A stretch of DNA of 64,000 nt, taken from NCBI GenBank assembly GCA_963734495.1, contig CAVTHK010000013.1:256001-320000 (forward strand), in the 5' to 3' direction. The stretch comes from an uncultured Spirochaetota bacterium. Lineage in GTDB: Bacteria; Spirochaetota; Spirochaetia; SZUA-6; CAVTHK01. Both the position numbers and the translations under genes were made by a program. This document shows, piece by piece, positions 49,394 through 58,308 of this stretch (position 1 is its first letter; each line of letters starts with the position of its first letter). Under the pieces are notes generated by a model that was not told the origin of the DNA, did not search any database, and saw nothing but the letters and a program-made list of their open reading frames with translations.

Positions 49394-50447
49394 ATGAAAC
49401 ACGCAGTTGTCTCGCGCATCGCGCCGAGGCTCGCGGCGGGGCTCGCCCTCATCGTCGCGGCGTCGCTGTCGGGATGCGCACGCTCGACCGCGGGCAGCGC
49501 CCAGGGGGCGGTCCGCATCGGCGTTTTCGTCCCGGGCTTCGTGCAGGGGAGCCCCACGTACGAGATGCTCGTGGCGGGCACCAGGAAGGCCGCGGCCGAG
49601 CGCCCCGACACGGCCGTGGACGTGGTCGAGGCCGGCTTCAACCAGGCGGAGTGGCAGGACAAGCTCACCGCCCTCGTGGCCACCGGCAAGTACAACCTGA
49701 TCGCGACCACGAACTCGGCGATGCCCGCGATCTGCGCCGAGGTCGCCAAGCGCTTCCCGAAGCAGAAGTTCGTCGTCATCGACGGCCGCCTGGTTCACCC
49801 GCAGATGTACACGGTGATCTTCAACCAGGTCGAGCAGGGATACCTGGTGGGCTACATGGCCGGCCTGGTCACCGACGAGCGACATGCCCGGCGCCAACCC
49901 TCAGAAGAAGGTCGGGATGATCGTGGCCCAGCAGTATCCCGCCATGGACCGGGCGATCCGGCCGGGGTTCGAGAAGGGCCTCAAGGACGTCGACCCCGCC
50001 ATCACCCTCGACTTCCGGGTGATCGGCAACTGGTACGACGCCGCCAAGGCGGGCGAGCTCGCCGACAGCATGTTCGACGCCGGCGTCGACGTCGTGCTCA
50101 CGATCGCCGGCGGCGCCAACCAGGGCGTGGTCAAGGCCGCCAGGGAGCGCGGCCGCTACGTGCTGTGGTTCGACTCCAACGGCTACGCCGTGGCTCCCGG
50201 GACCGTCGTCGGCTCGAGCGTGGTGGCCCACGACGAGGCCACTTACCGCGCGGTCAAGGCCTTTCTCGCGGGCAAGCTGGAGCTCGGCAAAGCCGTCACG
50301 CTGGGAGCCGCCGACGGCTTCGTGACCTTCGTGCAGGACGACCCGCTCTACACGCAGAACGTCCCGCAGGCCCTGCGCGAGCGCATGAAAGCTCAGGCCG
50401 AGAGGGTGCGCCGCAACGAGCTGGGGCTCGCGATGCCGGAGCTCTGA
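49394..50447 (+). CDS. rfuA: BMP-family lipoprotein, probable riboflavin-binding subunit, frameshift near 49875
   Basis: Lipobox LSGC; FNQVEQGYLVG; VIGNWYDAAK; directly downstream of the FMN riboswitch. Confidence 0.8.
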
Positions 50448-51970
50448 TGTCGGCCGCCCCCTACCTCGCGATGCGGGGCATCACCAAGTGGTACCCTTCG
50501 AGCGGGGTCCTCGCGAACGACCGGATCGACTTCGACGTGCGCCCGGGCGAGATCCATGCGCTGGTGGGCGAGAACGGGGCGGGCAAATCGACGCTCGTGC
50601 GGATTCTCGACGGAGTCGTGGCGGCCGACGCCGGCTCGATCTCGATCGACGGCCGCCCCGTCCACATCCGCTCGCCCCGCGAAGCGATGCGCCACGGCAT
50701 CGGCATGGTGCACCAGCATTTCCGCCTGATCCCCTCGTTCAGCGTCGCGCAGAACGTCATGCTCGGGATCGAGCCTGCCCGCTTCCGCGCGTTCCTCGAC
50801 GAGTCCGAGCTCATCCTGCGGGTCGCGGACGCTGCGGCCCGCTGGGGCCTGCCGGTCGAACCCGGCGCCGAGGTCTCCGACCTCGACGTCGGCGCGATGC
50901 AGCAGGTCGAGCTGCTCAAGCTGCTCTACCGCGACGCGCGCATCCTGGTGCTCGACGAGCCGACCGCGGTGCTGACCGATCAGCAGGCGGAGGCCCTGCT
51001 GCGCACCCTGCGCTCGCTCGCCGCCGAAGGCCGGACGGTCGTCATCGTGACCCACAGCATCGAGGAGGTGCTCGACGTGGCCGACCGCGTCACCGTGCTG
51101 CGGCGCGGCAGGGTCGTCGCCACCCGCGACGCCGGGGCCTGCACGGCCGCCGAGCTGGCTGCGCTGATGGTCGGCGCGGACCTGCCGCCGGAGCAGCCCC
51201 GGTCGCCCGCGACGGCCGGAGAGCCGGTGCTGCGGCTCGAGCGGCTTTCGGTGCGCGGCCCGTTCGGCGCGGGTCTCGACGCCCTGGACCTCACGGTGCG
51301 CGAGGGGGAGATCATCGGCGCGACCGCCCTCGCGGGCAACGGCCTGCGGGAGCTCGAGGACGCGGTCTCGGGGCTCCGGCCGCCGGCCGCCGGCCGCATC
51401 GTGTACCGCGGGCGGCCGCTGGCGGCCGATGCCCGCCACGCCTTCCGCAGGCAGGAGCTGGCCTACGTGCCCTCGCAGCGCTTCGAACGAGGGGCGAGCC
51501 TCTCGTCGACGGTCGAGGAGAACCTCATCCTCGGATGGCCGGGCGCGTTCGCGCGCGGCGGTCTGTACCACCGCAGCGCGGCGCGCAGGCACGCGCTCGG
51601 GCTGATGGAGGAGTTCGGCATCGAAGGGACGCCGGACCTGCCGATGGAGATGCTCTCGGGCGGCAACCGCCAGAAGGTGATCCTCGCGCGGGAGCTCGGC
51701 TCCGGCAAGGACTTCGTGCTGTTCGCCGAGCCGACGTGGGGGGTCGACGTGGCCGCCGCGCGCTTCGTCCACCGCCGCATCCTGGCGCTGCGCGACCAGG
51801 GTTGTGCGGTCCTGCTGATCTCGAGCGACCTGCAGGAGATCCTGCAGCTCGCCGACCAGGTCGTCGTGCTGCGCGGCGGCCGCGCGGTGGCCCGGCTCGC
51901 GAACGGGCCGGGCCTCTCGCGCCGCACCCTCGGCGAATACATGCTCGGCCTCCGCGAGGACGCGGCATGA
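50447..51970 (+). CDS. rfuB: CUT2-type ABC ATPase (tandem NBD)
   Basis: GENGAGKST, LDEPTAVL, LSGGNRQK, EPTWGVD. Confidence 0.85.
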   Translation: MSAAPYLAMRGITKWYPSSGVLANDRIDFDVRPGEIHALVGENGAGKSTLVRILDGVVAADAGSISIDGRPVHIRSPREAMRHGIGMVHQHFRLIPSFSVAQNVMLGIEPARFRAFLDESELILRVADAAARWGLPVEPGAEVSDLDVGAMQQVELLKLLYRDARILVLDEPTAVLTDQQAEALLRTLRSLAAEGRTVVIVTHSIEEVLDVADRVTVLRRGRVVATRDAGACTAAELAALMVGADLPPEQPRSPATAGEPVLRLERLSVRGPFGAGLDALDLTVREGEIIGATALAGNGLRELEDAVSGLRPPAAGRIVYRGRPLAADARHAFRRQELAYVPSQRFERGASLSSTVEENLILGWPGAFARGGLYHRSAARRHALGLMEEFGIEGTPDLPMEMLSGGNRQKVILARELGSGKDFVLFAEPTWGVDVAAARFVHRRILALRDQGCAVLLISSDLQEILQLADQVVVLRGGRAVARLANGPGLSRRTLGEYMLGLREDAA

Positions 51971-53055
51971 AGGCGGCGTCCGCCCGGCCCCGGCCGGGGC
52001 TGCGACGCTTCGTCGCCGCCCGCCTGCCCCGAGCCGTCGCGCTCGGGCTGACGCTGGCCGCCGCGCTCGCGGTGGCTGTGGCCGTGCTGGCCACCTGGGA
52101 CCGGCCCGGCGCCGCGCTCCAGGCCTTCTTTCTCGGCCCGTTCTCGAGCTCGTTCGCCTTCGGCAACATGATCGACACGGCCGTGCCGCTCATCATCGCG
52201 GGCCTCGGGATCGCGGTGAGCTTCCAGGCGGGCGTCTTCAATCTGGGCGGCGAAGGCCAGATCTACGCCGGCGGCGTGCTTGCGGCCGCCCTCTGCTCGG
52301 CGCTGCCGGCCGGCGCGGGCGCCGGGCGCGCTCTCGTCATGGCCGCCGCGGCGCTGCTCGGGGCGGGCATAGCCGGAGTGTCGGGCTGGCTGCGCTACCG
52401 CTGGGAGACCAACGAGCTGATCTCCTCGTACCTGCTGTCGGCGGTCGTGCTTCTCGTCGGCGACTGGCTGATCACGGGCCCGCTGGACGACCCGGCGAGC
52501 AACCTGATGGCCACGCGCGAGATCCCGGCCGCCTTCGGGCTCCCGGAGCTGCTGGTCCCCTCGCACTTGAGCACGAGCGTCTTTCTCGCCCTCGGCATGG
52601 TCGCCCTCACCGCCCTGTTTCTCGGCAGCACGCGCTGGGGCTACGAGTTGCGCCTCTGCGGCGCGAACCGTCGCTTTGCCCGCTACGGCGGCGTGCACGT
52701 CGGGCTGTACCTGGTGCTGCCGATGCTGCTGAGCGGCGCGCTGCACGGGCTCGCGGGCGCGGCCGGGATCCTCGGCACCTACCACCGCGCGATCAAGGGG
52801 TTCTCTCTGGGCTGGGGCTGGAACGCGATCGCCGTCGCGCTGATCGCGCGCAACCGCCCGCTCGCGGTGATCCCGGCGGCCCTGTTCTACGCGTGGCTCG
52901 ACGCGGGGGCGCGCGCCGCGACGGTCCTCGCGGGCGTGAGCTACGAGATGATCCTGCTCGTGCAGGCGGTGCTGTTCTACCTCGTCACGGCGCAGGCCCT
53001 CGTGGAATTCGTGCTGGCCAGGAGCAGGTCGTGGTCCATGCAGCCGTCCGACTGA
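51967..53055 (+). CDS. rfuC: ABC permease
   Basis: FNLGGEGQ, GYELR, GWNAIAVALIA. Confidence 0.82.
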   Translation: MKAASARPRPGLRRFVAARLPRAVALGLTLAAALAVAVAVLATWDRPGAALQAFFLGPFSSSFAFGNMIDTAVPLIIAGLGIAVSFQAGVFNLGGEGQIYAGGVLAAALCSALPAGAGAGRALVMAAAALLGAGIAGVSGWLRYRWETNELISSYLLSAVVLLVGDWLITGPLDDPASNLMATREIPAAFGLPELLVPSHLSTSVFLALGMVALTALFLGSTRWGYELRLCGANRRFARYGGVHVGLYLVLPMLLSGALHGLAGAAGILGTYHRAIKGFSLGWGWNAIAVALIARNRPLAVIPAALFYAWLDAGARAATVLAGVSYEMILLVQAVLFYLVTAQALVEFVLARSRSWSMQPSD

Positions 53056-53936
53056 TGGTGCCCCTGCTCCTCGCCGCGGTCGGGGGGCTGATCACCGAAT
53101 ACGCGGGGGTGCTCAACATCGCACTCGAGGGGCTGATGCTGTTCGGCGCTTTCGCCGGCGTCCTCACGGCCGCGCACACCGGCAGCGTCGCGGCGGCGAT
53201 CCTCGTGGCCGCGGCCGCTTCGGGCGCTCTCGCCCTGCTCTACGGCCTCGCCGCTCTCAGGCTGCGGGCCGACATCTTCGTGGCGGGCATCGCCACCAAC
53301 CTGCTGGCCTCGGGCCTCACCACGGTGCTCGCGGACCGGCTCTTCGGCTACAAAGGCGTCGTCCGCTTCGCGACGTTCCCCGCCCTCCCCGCGATTGTCC
53401 CTGCGGCCGCGCTGGAGCCTCTCGGCCCGGCGGGCGCCTTCCTTCAGATTTTCCTGGACCAGAACCTGCTGGTCCCCCTCGCGTGGGCGCTCGTCGCGGT
53501 CGCATGGCTCGCCTTGGAGAAGACCCCGTTCGGGCTCCGGCTCAAGGGGACCGGCAGGGCGCCGGAAGTCGTGGCGAGCGTCGGCATCGACCCCGAGCGG
53601 TACAAAGTCACGGCGATCGCGTTGTCGGGCGTGGCGTGCGGGGTGGCGGGCGCGGCGCTCGCCATGGACCTGCAGGCGTTCGTGCCGAACCTGACCGCGG
53701 GTCGCGGCTGGATTGCGCTGGTGATCGTCTACCTCGGCCAGCGCCGGATCGCGGGGGTGGTGGTGGCTTCCCTCTTCTTCGCGCTGGCGGAGAGCTTCTC
53801 GAACTACTCGCAGGGGGTCCTGTCGCTGCCGTCGGAGATCGTGCTCGCTTTCCCTTACGCGCTGAGCCTGGCGGCCCTCGTGGTGTACTCGATCGTGCGG
53901 GCGCGCGGCCGCAACCGCGGAGGCGGGCGGGGTTGA
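53031..53936 (+). CDS. rfuD: ABC permease
   Basis: GVLNIALEG, TPFGLRL, AGRGWIAL; GTG start after GGAG. Confidence 0.82.
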   Translation: MVHAAVRLMVPLLLAAVGGLITEYAGVLNIALEGLMLFGAFAGVLTAAHTGSVAAAILVAAAASGALALLYGLAALRLRADIFVAGIATNLLASGLTTVLADRLFGYKGVVRFATFPALPAIVPAAALEPLGPAGAFLQIFLDQNLLVPLAWALVAVAWLALEKTPFGLRLKGTGRAPEVVASVGIDPERYKVTAIALSGVACGVAGAALAMDLQAFVPNLTAGRGWIALVIVYLGQRRIAGVVVASLFFALAESFSNYSQGVLSLPSEIVLAFPYALSLAALVVYSIVRARGRNRGGGRG

Positions 53937-54031
53937 CGCGGCGGATCCTGGCCGCAGGGCTCAAGGAACAAAGTTGAAGGGCGTCTCTCGGGCGTCATAG
54001 CTCATAGGCCGGGGGCTCCGGCCCAAGGAGC

Positions 54032-54082
54032 TTGACATGCACGCACTTTTCGGTTATGTTAGCTTTGTCAGAAAAATCAGAA
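54032..54082 (+). promoter_or_regulatory. Sigma70 promoter with TCAGAA direct repeat
   Basis: TTGACA-17 nt-TATGTT; tcagaaaaatcagaa just downstream. Confidence 0.7.
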
Positions 54083-54093
54083 GAGGCCGAATT

Positions 54094-54327
54094 ATGGGAT
54101 GTTGCGGAATCGAAGCCATTATCACCGTCGACGCGAGAGGGCAGGTGGTCCTGCCCAAGGAAGTGCGCGACCAGGCGGGGATCAGGCCCGGTGAGAAGCT
54201 CGCGGTCGTGATCATGAGGAGCGAGGGGCGCGTCTGCTGCCTCTCGCTCGTGAAGACCGATGCGCTCAGCGACGCGGTTCGTGACGTCCTGGCGCCGGCC
54301 ATGCAGGCAATAGGAGGAATGGGATGA
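54094..54327 (+). CDS. AbrB/MazE-fold Cys-rich regulator, HgcC-like
   Basis: CC...TVDARGQVVLPKEVR...GIRPGEKL...VCCLSL. Confidence 0.78.
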   Translation: MGCCGIEAIITVDARGQVVLPKEVRDQAGIRPGEKLAVVIMRSEGRVCCLSLVKTDALSDAVRDVLAPAMQAIGGMG

Positions 54328-55142
54328 GCGACGATATCAGGGCCGCGGTGCGGGAGCGCTACGCGGAGACCGCGCGGAGCGCGGGCGGGTGCTGCGGGTC
54401 GAGCAGCGGGGCGTGCGGCTGCGGCTCGGCTGCCGACCAGAGCCTGAGCGTGGGGTATACGCCCGACGAGCTGGCCTCGCTGCCGGAGGGGGCCAACCTC
54501 GGCCTCGGGTGTGGCAATCCCACGGCAATCGCCGCATTGAAAGAGGGAGAGTCCGTGGTCGACCTCGGGTCGGGAGGCGGCATCGACTGCTTCCTCGCCG
54601 CCCGCCGCGTCGGTCCCTCCGGGCACGTGATCGGCGTGGACATGACGCCGGACATGCTCGACCGCGCGCGCGCCTCCGCCAAACGCTCGGAGGCCGCCAA
54701 CGTGGAGTTCCGCCTCGGCGAGATTGAGCACCTGCCCCTGGCGGACGCGAGCGCGGACGTGATCATCTCCAACTGCGTGATCAATTTGTCGCCTAACAAG
54801 CGTCAGGTGTTCCGCGAGGCGTTCCGGGTGCTGCGCAAGGGCGGCCGGGTCGCCGTCTCCGACGTCGTCCTCCTCGCCGACCTGCCCGATGCCCTGCGCG
54901 CCGACCTCGGCCTCTACGCCGGCTGCGTCGCGGGCGCCCTGCGCAAGGACCAGTACCTCGACGCGATGCGCGTGGCCGGCTTCGCGGACATCCGCGTGGT
55001 GAGCGAAAAGGCCGCCGGCGAGCTCATCTTCGACGAGGCGGAGTTCGAGCGCCTGCGCGAGGCGAGCGGTCTCTCGACCGAGGAGCTGCGCGCCCTCGGC
55101 GCCAAGGTGGTGAGCGTGCACGTGGAGGCGGTCAAGCCTTAG
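54324..55142 (+). CDS. arsM: Arsenite S-adenosylmethionine methyltransferase
   Basis: LGLGCGNP, DLGSGGGIDC, GVDMT, ISNCVINL, GCVAGA. Confidence 0.92.
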   Translation: MSDDIRAAVRERYAETARSAGGCCGSSSGACGCGSAADQSLSVGYTPDELASLPEGANLGLGCGNPTAIAALKEGESVVDLGSGGGIDCFLAARRVGPSGHVIGVDMTPDMLDRARASAKRSEAANVEFRLGEIEHLPLADASADVIISNCVINLSPNKRQVFREAFRVLRKGGRVAVSDVVLLADLPDALRADLGLYAGCVAGALRKDQYLDAMRVAGFADIRVVSEKAAGELIFDEAEFERLREASGLSTEELRALGAKVVSVHVEAVKP

Positions 55143-55244
55143 CCGGACCGCGACGGAACGCGCGGCGGGGGCGGTCGGTCCGCTCCCGCCTTCGCGCGCC
55201 CGCGGCGGCGCGCCCCCTCGGGCGCGGGCGTCCGCGGCGCGCGC

Positions 55245-55661
55245 CTACTCCCCGATCACCTTGACGAGCACGCGCTTGCGGCGCTTGCCGTCGAACTCTC
55301 CGTAGAAGATCTGCTCCCATGGCCCGAAGTCGAGCCTGCCGCCCGTCACCGCCACGACCACCTCGCGGCCCATGATCGATCGCTTGAGGTGGGCGTCGGC
55401 ATTGTCCTCGCCGGCGTTGTGGCGGTACCGCGTGTGCGGCTTTTCCGGGGCGAGCTGCTCGAGCCAGTCCTCGAAATCCTGGTGGAGGCCGCCTTCGTCG
55501 TCGTTGATGAACACGCTCGCCGTGATGTGCATCGCGTTGCAGAGCAGCAGCCCTTCGGTGATGCCGCTCTCGAGCAGCGCCTGCTCGACCTGGGGCGTGA
55601 TGTTGAGAAACGCGCGGCGGCGCGGCACATCGAACCAGAGCTCCTTGCGGAAGCTCTTCAT
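55245..55661 (-). CDS. yjbQ: YjbQ/UPF0047 family protein
   Basis: [27 protein letters not shown]. Confidence 0.92.
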   Translation of the reverse strand: MKSFRKELWFDVPRRRAFLNITPQVEQALLESGITEGLLLCNAMHITASVFINDDEGGLHQDFEDWLEQLAPEKPHTRYRHNAGEDNADAHLKRSIMGREVVVAVTGGRLDFGPWEQIFYGEFDGKRRKRVLVKVIGE

Positions 55662-56545
55662 CACTTGCCTCCCGCTCCCAGCTCCCGCCTGCGCGGAATC
55701 GAAGCCGCGGCCCCGCGCCGGGACACGCAGATCGCGGCCGCGCGCGTCGCCGATTCCAGCGCCCGACGGATCGGCATCCCCTGGCAGATCCCGGCGAGCG
55801 TGTAGCCGATGAACGTGTCGCCCGCCCCCGTCGTGTCCACGACCTTGACCCGCACGGCCGGCACCCGCTCGCGCAGCGGCCCCTTGCCCCACAACGCGCC
55901 TTCGCTGCCCAGAGTGAGCACGACTTCGGCGGACGGGTACTTCGCGATCATCGCGGACGCGATGGCCTCCGGAGCGCGCTCGCCGGTGAGCTCCTTCCCC
56001 TCCACTTCATTGATGAAGAACGAGGACACCAGCTCGAGCGGGTAGCTCCTGACCGCGTCGGTAAAGGGCGCGGCGTTGAAGAAGACTCTCAGGGACCTCT
56101 CAGCGGCCCGGCGCATCGCGTGCGCCGTGACGTTGGTCTCGTTCTGCAGCGCGACGATGTCGTCGCGGGCCGCCGCCGCGAGCGCCGCGTCGACGTCCGC
56201 CGGCTCGATCTGCTGGTTGGTGCCGCCGAAGACCACGATGGAGTTCTGCCCGTCCCGGTCGACCTGGATCATGGCGTGGCCGCCCGGCTCGTCGCTCACG
56301 ACGACGCGGGAGACGTCGACTCCGTCGGCTTTCATGGGGGCGATCATCCACTCGCCCTCGCGGCCGATCTTGCCGACGTGGAGCACTCCCGCCCCCGCCC
56401 TCGCGATCGCGAGCGACTGGTTCGCGCCCTTGCCGCCCGCGAAGCGCGCGTAGCCGCGGGCGATCAGCGACTCGCCGGGCCGCGAGAAGTGATCGACCTG
56501 GTAGACGTGGTCGACGTTGAGCGAGCCGATGTTGATGACCCGCAT
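55661..56545 (-). CDS. rbsK: Ribokinase (PfkB family)
   Basis: [22 protein letters not shown]. Confidence 0.9.
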   Translation of the reverse strand: MRVINIGSLNVDHVYQVDHFSRPGESLIARGYARFAGGKGANQSLAIARAGAGVLHVGKIGREGEWMIAPMKADGVDVSRVVVSDEPGGHAMIQVDRDGQNSIVVFGGTNQQIEPADVDAALAAAARDDIVALQNETNVTAHAMRRAAERSLRVFFNAAPFTDAVRSYPLELVSSFFINEVEGKELTGERAPEAIASAMIAKYPSAEVVLTLGSEGALWGKGPLRERVPAVRVKVVDTTGAGDTFIGYTLAGICQGMPIRRALESATRAAAICVSRRGAAASIPRRRELGAGGK

Positions 56546-56553
56546 GGAAAGCC

Positions 56554-58053
56554 CTACCCCGGAAGCTGCGCGGACAGCGCCTTGCGCCACCGCTCGTAGG
56601 CGGCGCGCCAGGCGCCGGCGGCGGCGCGATCCGGCTCGACGGCGCCTTTCTGCTCGAGCCCGCGAAAGGCGTCCTTTGCCGTGAACAGCCCGGCCCCTAT
56701 CCCCGCGCCGCGAGCCGCCCCCTGCGAGCCGTCGGTGTCGTAGAGCTCCACGCGCGCGCCGGCCAGCGTGGCAAAGGCGCCCGCGAACAGGCTCGAGCGG
56801 AACATGTTGGCGTTCCCGGCCCGCACGGTCCCGACGGAGGTGCCCATCCCGCGGATGATCTCCAGCCCGTAGATCAGGGCGAAGACGATCCCCTCCTGGG
56901 CCGCGCGCAGCAGGTGCGCGCGCGTGTGCCTGTTGAGGTCGAGCCCCAGCACCGACGCGCCGAGGTTCCGGTTGTCGAGGGTGCGCTCGGCGCCGTTGCC
57001 GTAGGGCAGGATCACGAGCCCGTCGGCGCCCACGGGCGCGGAGGCGGCGACGCGATTCATCTCGTCATAGGGCGGAAGCTTCTCCGCGCTTCCCGTCATC
57101 GCGTTGTGCCGCAGCCAGCTGTAGAGGATCCCGGTCCCGTTGACGCAGAGCAGGATCCCGTAGCGGGGCCGGCCGGCAGCGTGGTTGACGTGGACAAAGG
57201 TGTTGACGCGCGACCTGCGGTCGTAGTCCGCCTTGTCCGCGACGGCGTAGACGACGCCCGAAGTCCCCGCGGTGGCCGCGATTTCCCCGGGCTCGAGCAC
57301 GTTCAGCGAGAGGGCGTTGTTGGGCTGGTCGCCCGCGCGATAGGCGACCGGCGTCCCCGCCTTCATGCCCAGCGTGGCGGCCGCTTCGGAGGTGAGCGCC
57401 CCCTGCTTCGCGAAGGTCGGCACGATCTCGGGCAGCAGCTTTTCGGGGATCTCGTAGTGCTCCATGAGGAAACGCGCGGGAGCGTCGTCCTTGAAGTCCC
57501 AGAGGATGCCCTCCGAGAGGCCCGAAGGCGTCGTGCGCATCTCGCCGGTCATGCGGTAGGCAACGTAGTCGCCCGGCAGCATGACCCTGTCGATGCGGTC
57601 GAAGATGCGCGGCTCGTTCTCCTTGACCCAGCGCAGCTTGGACGCCGTGAAGTTGCCGGGTGAGTTCAGCAGGCGGCCCAGGCACCTCTCCGGCCCGAGC
57701 TTCTCGAAGGCGCGGTTGCCCACGTCGACGGCCCTGCTGTCGCACCAGATGATCGACGGCCGCAGCACCGCGCCTTTGGCATCGACCGCGACCAGCCCGT
57801 GCATCTGGTACGAGATGCCGATGGCCGCGACGTCCTTGAGGTCGCGGCGGGCCCTGATGGCCGCGGTCGCCGCGAGAACGTTCTCCCACCACAGGTCGGG
57901 ATGCTGCTCGGCCCAGCCGGGGTGCGGCGCCGCGATCGGCATCTCCTCGGAGGGAGAGGTCGCGGACTCGAGGGCCTTGCCGGTGTCCGCGTCGATCAGC
58001 GTCGCCTTGATCGACGAGCTTCCGACGTCGTAGCCGATCAACGTGCGTGCCAT
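56554..58053 (-). CDS. xylB: Xylulokinase-like FGGY kinase
   Basis: DVGSSSIK, ISYQMHG, IIWCDSR, AGDQPNN, PYGNGAER. Confidence 0.85.
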   Translation of the reverse strand: MARTLIGYDVGSSSIKATLIDADTGKALESATSPSEEMPIAAPHPGWAEQHPDLWWENVLAATAAIRARRDLKDVAAIGISYQMHGLVAVDAKGAVLRPSIIWCDSRAVDVGNRAFEKLGPERCLGRLLNSPGNFTASKLRWVKENEPRIFDRIDRVMLPGDYVAYRMTGEMRTTPSGLSEGILWDFKDDAPARFLMEHYEIPEKLLPEIVPTFAKQGALTSEAAATLGMKAGTPVAYRAGDQPNNALSLNVLEPGEIAATAGTSGVVYAVADKADYDRRSRVNTFVHVNHAAGRPRYGILLCVNGTGILYSWLRHNAMTGSAEKLPPYDEMNRVAASAPVGADGLVILPYGNGAERTLDNRNLGASVLGLDLNRHTRAHLLRAAQEGIVFALIYGLEIIRGMGTSVGTVRAGNANMFRSSLFAGAFATLAGARVELYDTDGSQGAARGAGIGAGLFTAKDAFRGLEQKGAVEPDRAAAGAWRAAYERWRKALSAQLPG

Positions 58054-58129
58054 GCGGGAACCTCCGCCGCGCCCCGCCGAGGACGGGGCGCGGCGCCATT
58101 CTTGCCGCGCTCCCCGCAGGTGTCAAGGC

Positions 58130-58268
58130 GGGCGCAGCCGCCGCGCCCGCCCCAGCCGCCGCGCCCGCCCCGGCCGCCCGGCCGCCGCGCCCGCGCCCGC
58201 CCCAGCCGCCGCCCCGGCCGCGCCCGACGCGCCCGCCGCCCCCGCCCCGGCCGCCGACGCCCCGCGCC
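58130..58268. repeat. Nearly pure C/G low-complexity degenerate repeat between divergent promoters
   Basis: Repeated cagccgccgcgcccgccc / ccggccgcc units with almost no A/T. Confidence 0.7.
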
Positions 58269-58308
58269 AGGTTTGACAAGACCCGCGCGCCTGCATAGCT
58301 TCGAGTCC

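Noticed and set aside
54094-55142. Mercury methylation capacity, or an AbrB/MazE toxin-antitoxin pair
   Set aside because: No hgcA or hgcB in the window, and the downstream gene is ArsM, not a toxin.
58130-58268. Possible CRISPR array or Ala/Pro-rich peptide gene
   Set aside because: No constant repeat with unique spacers, no cas genes, and no convincing start or RBS.
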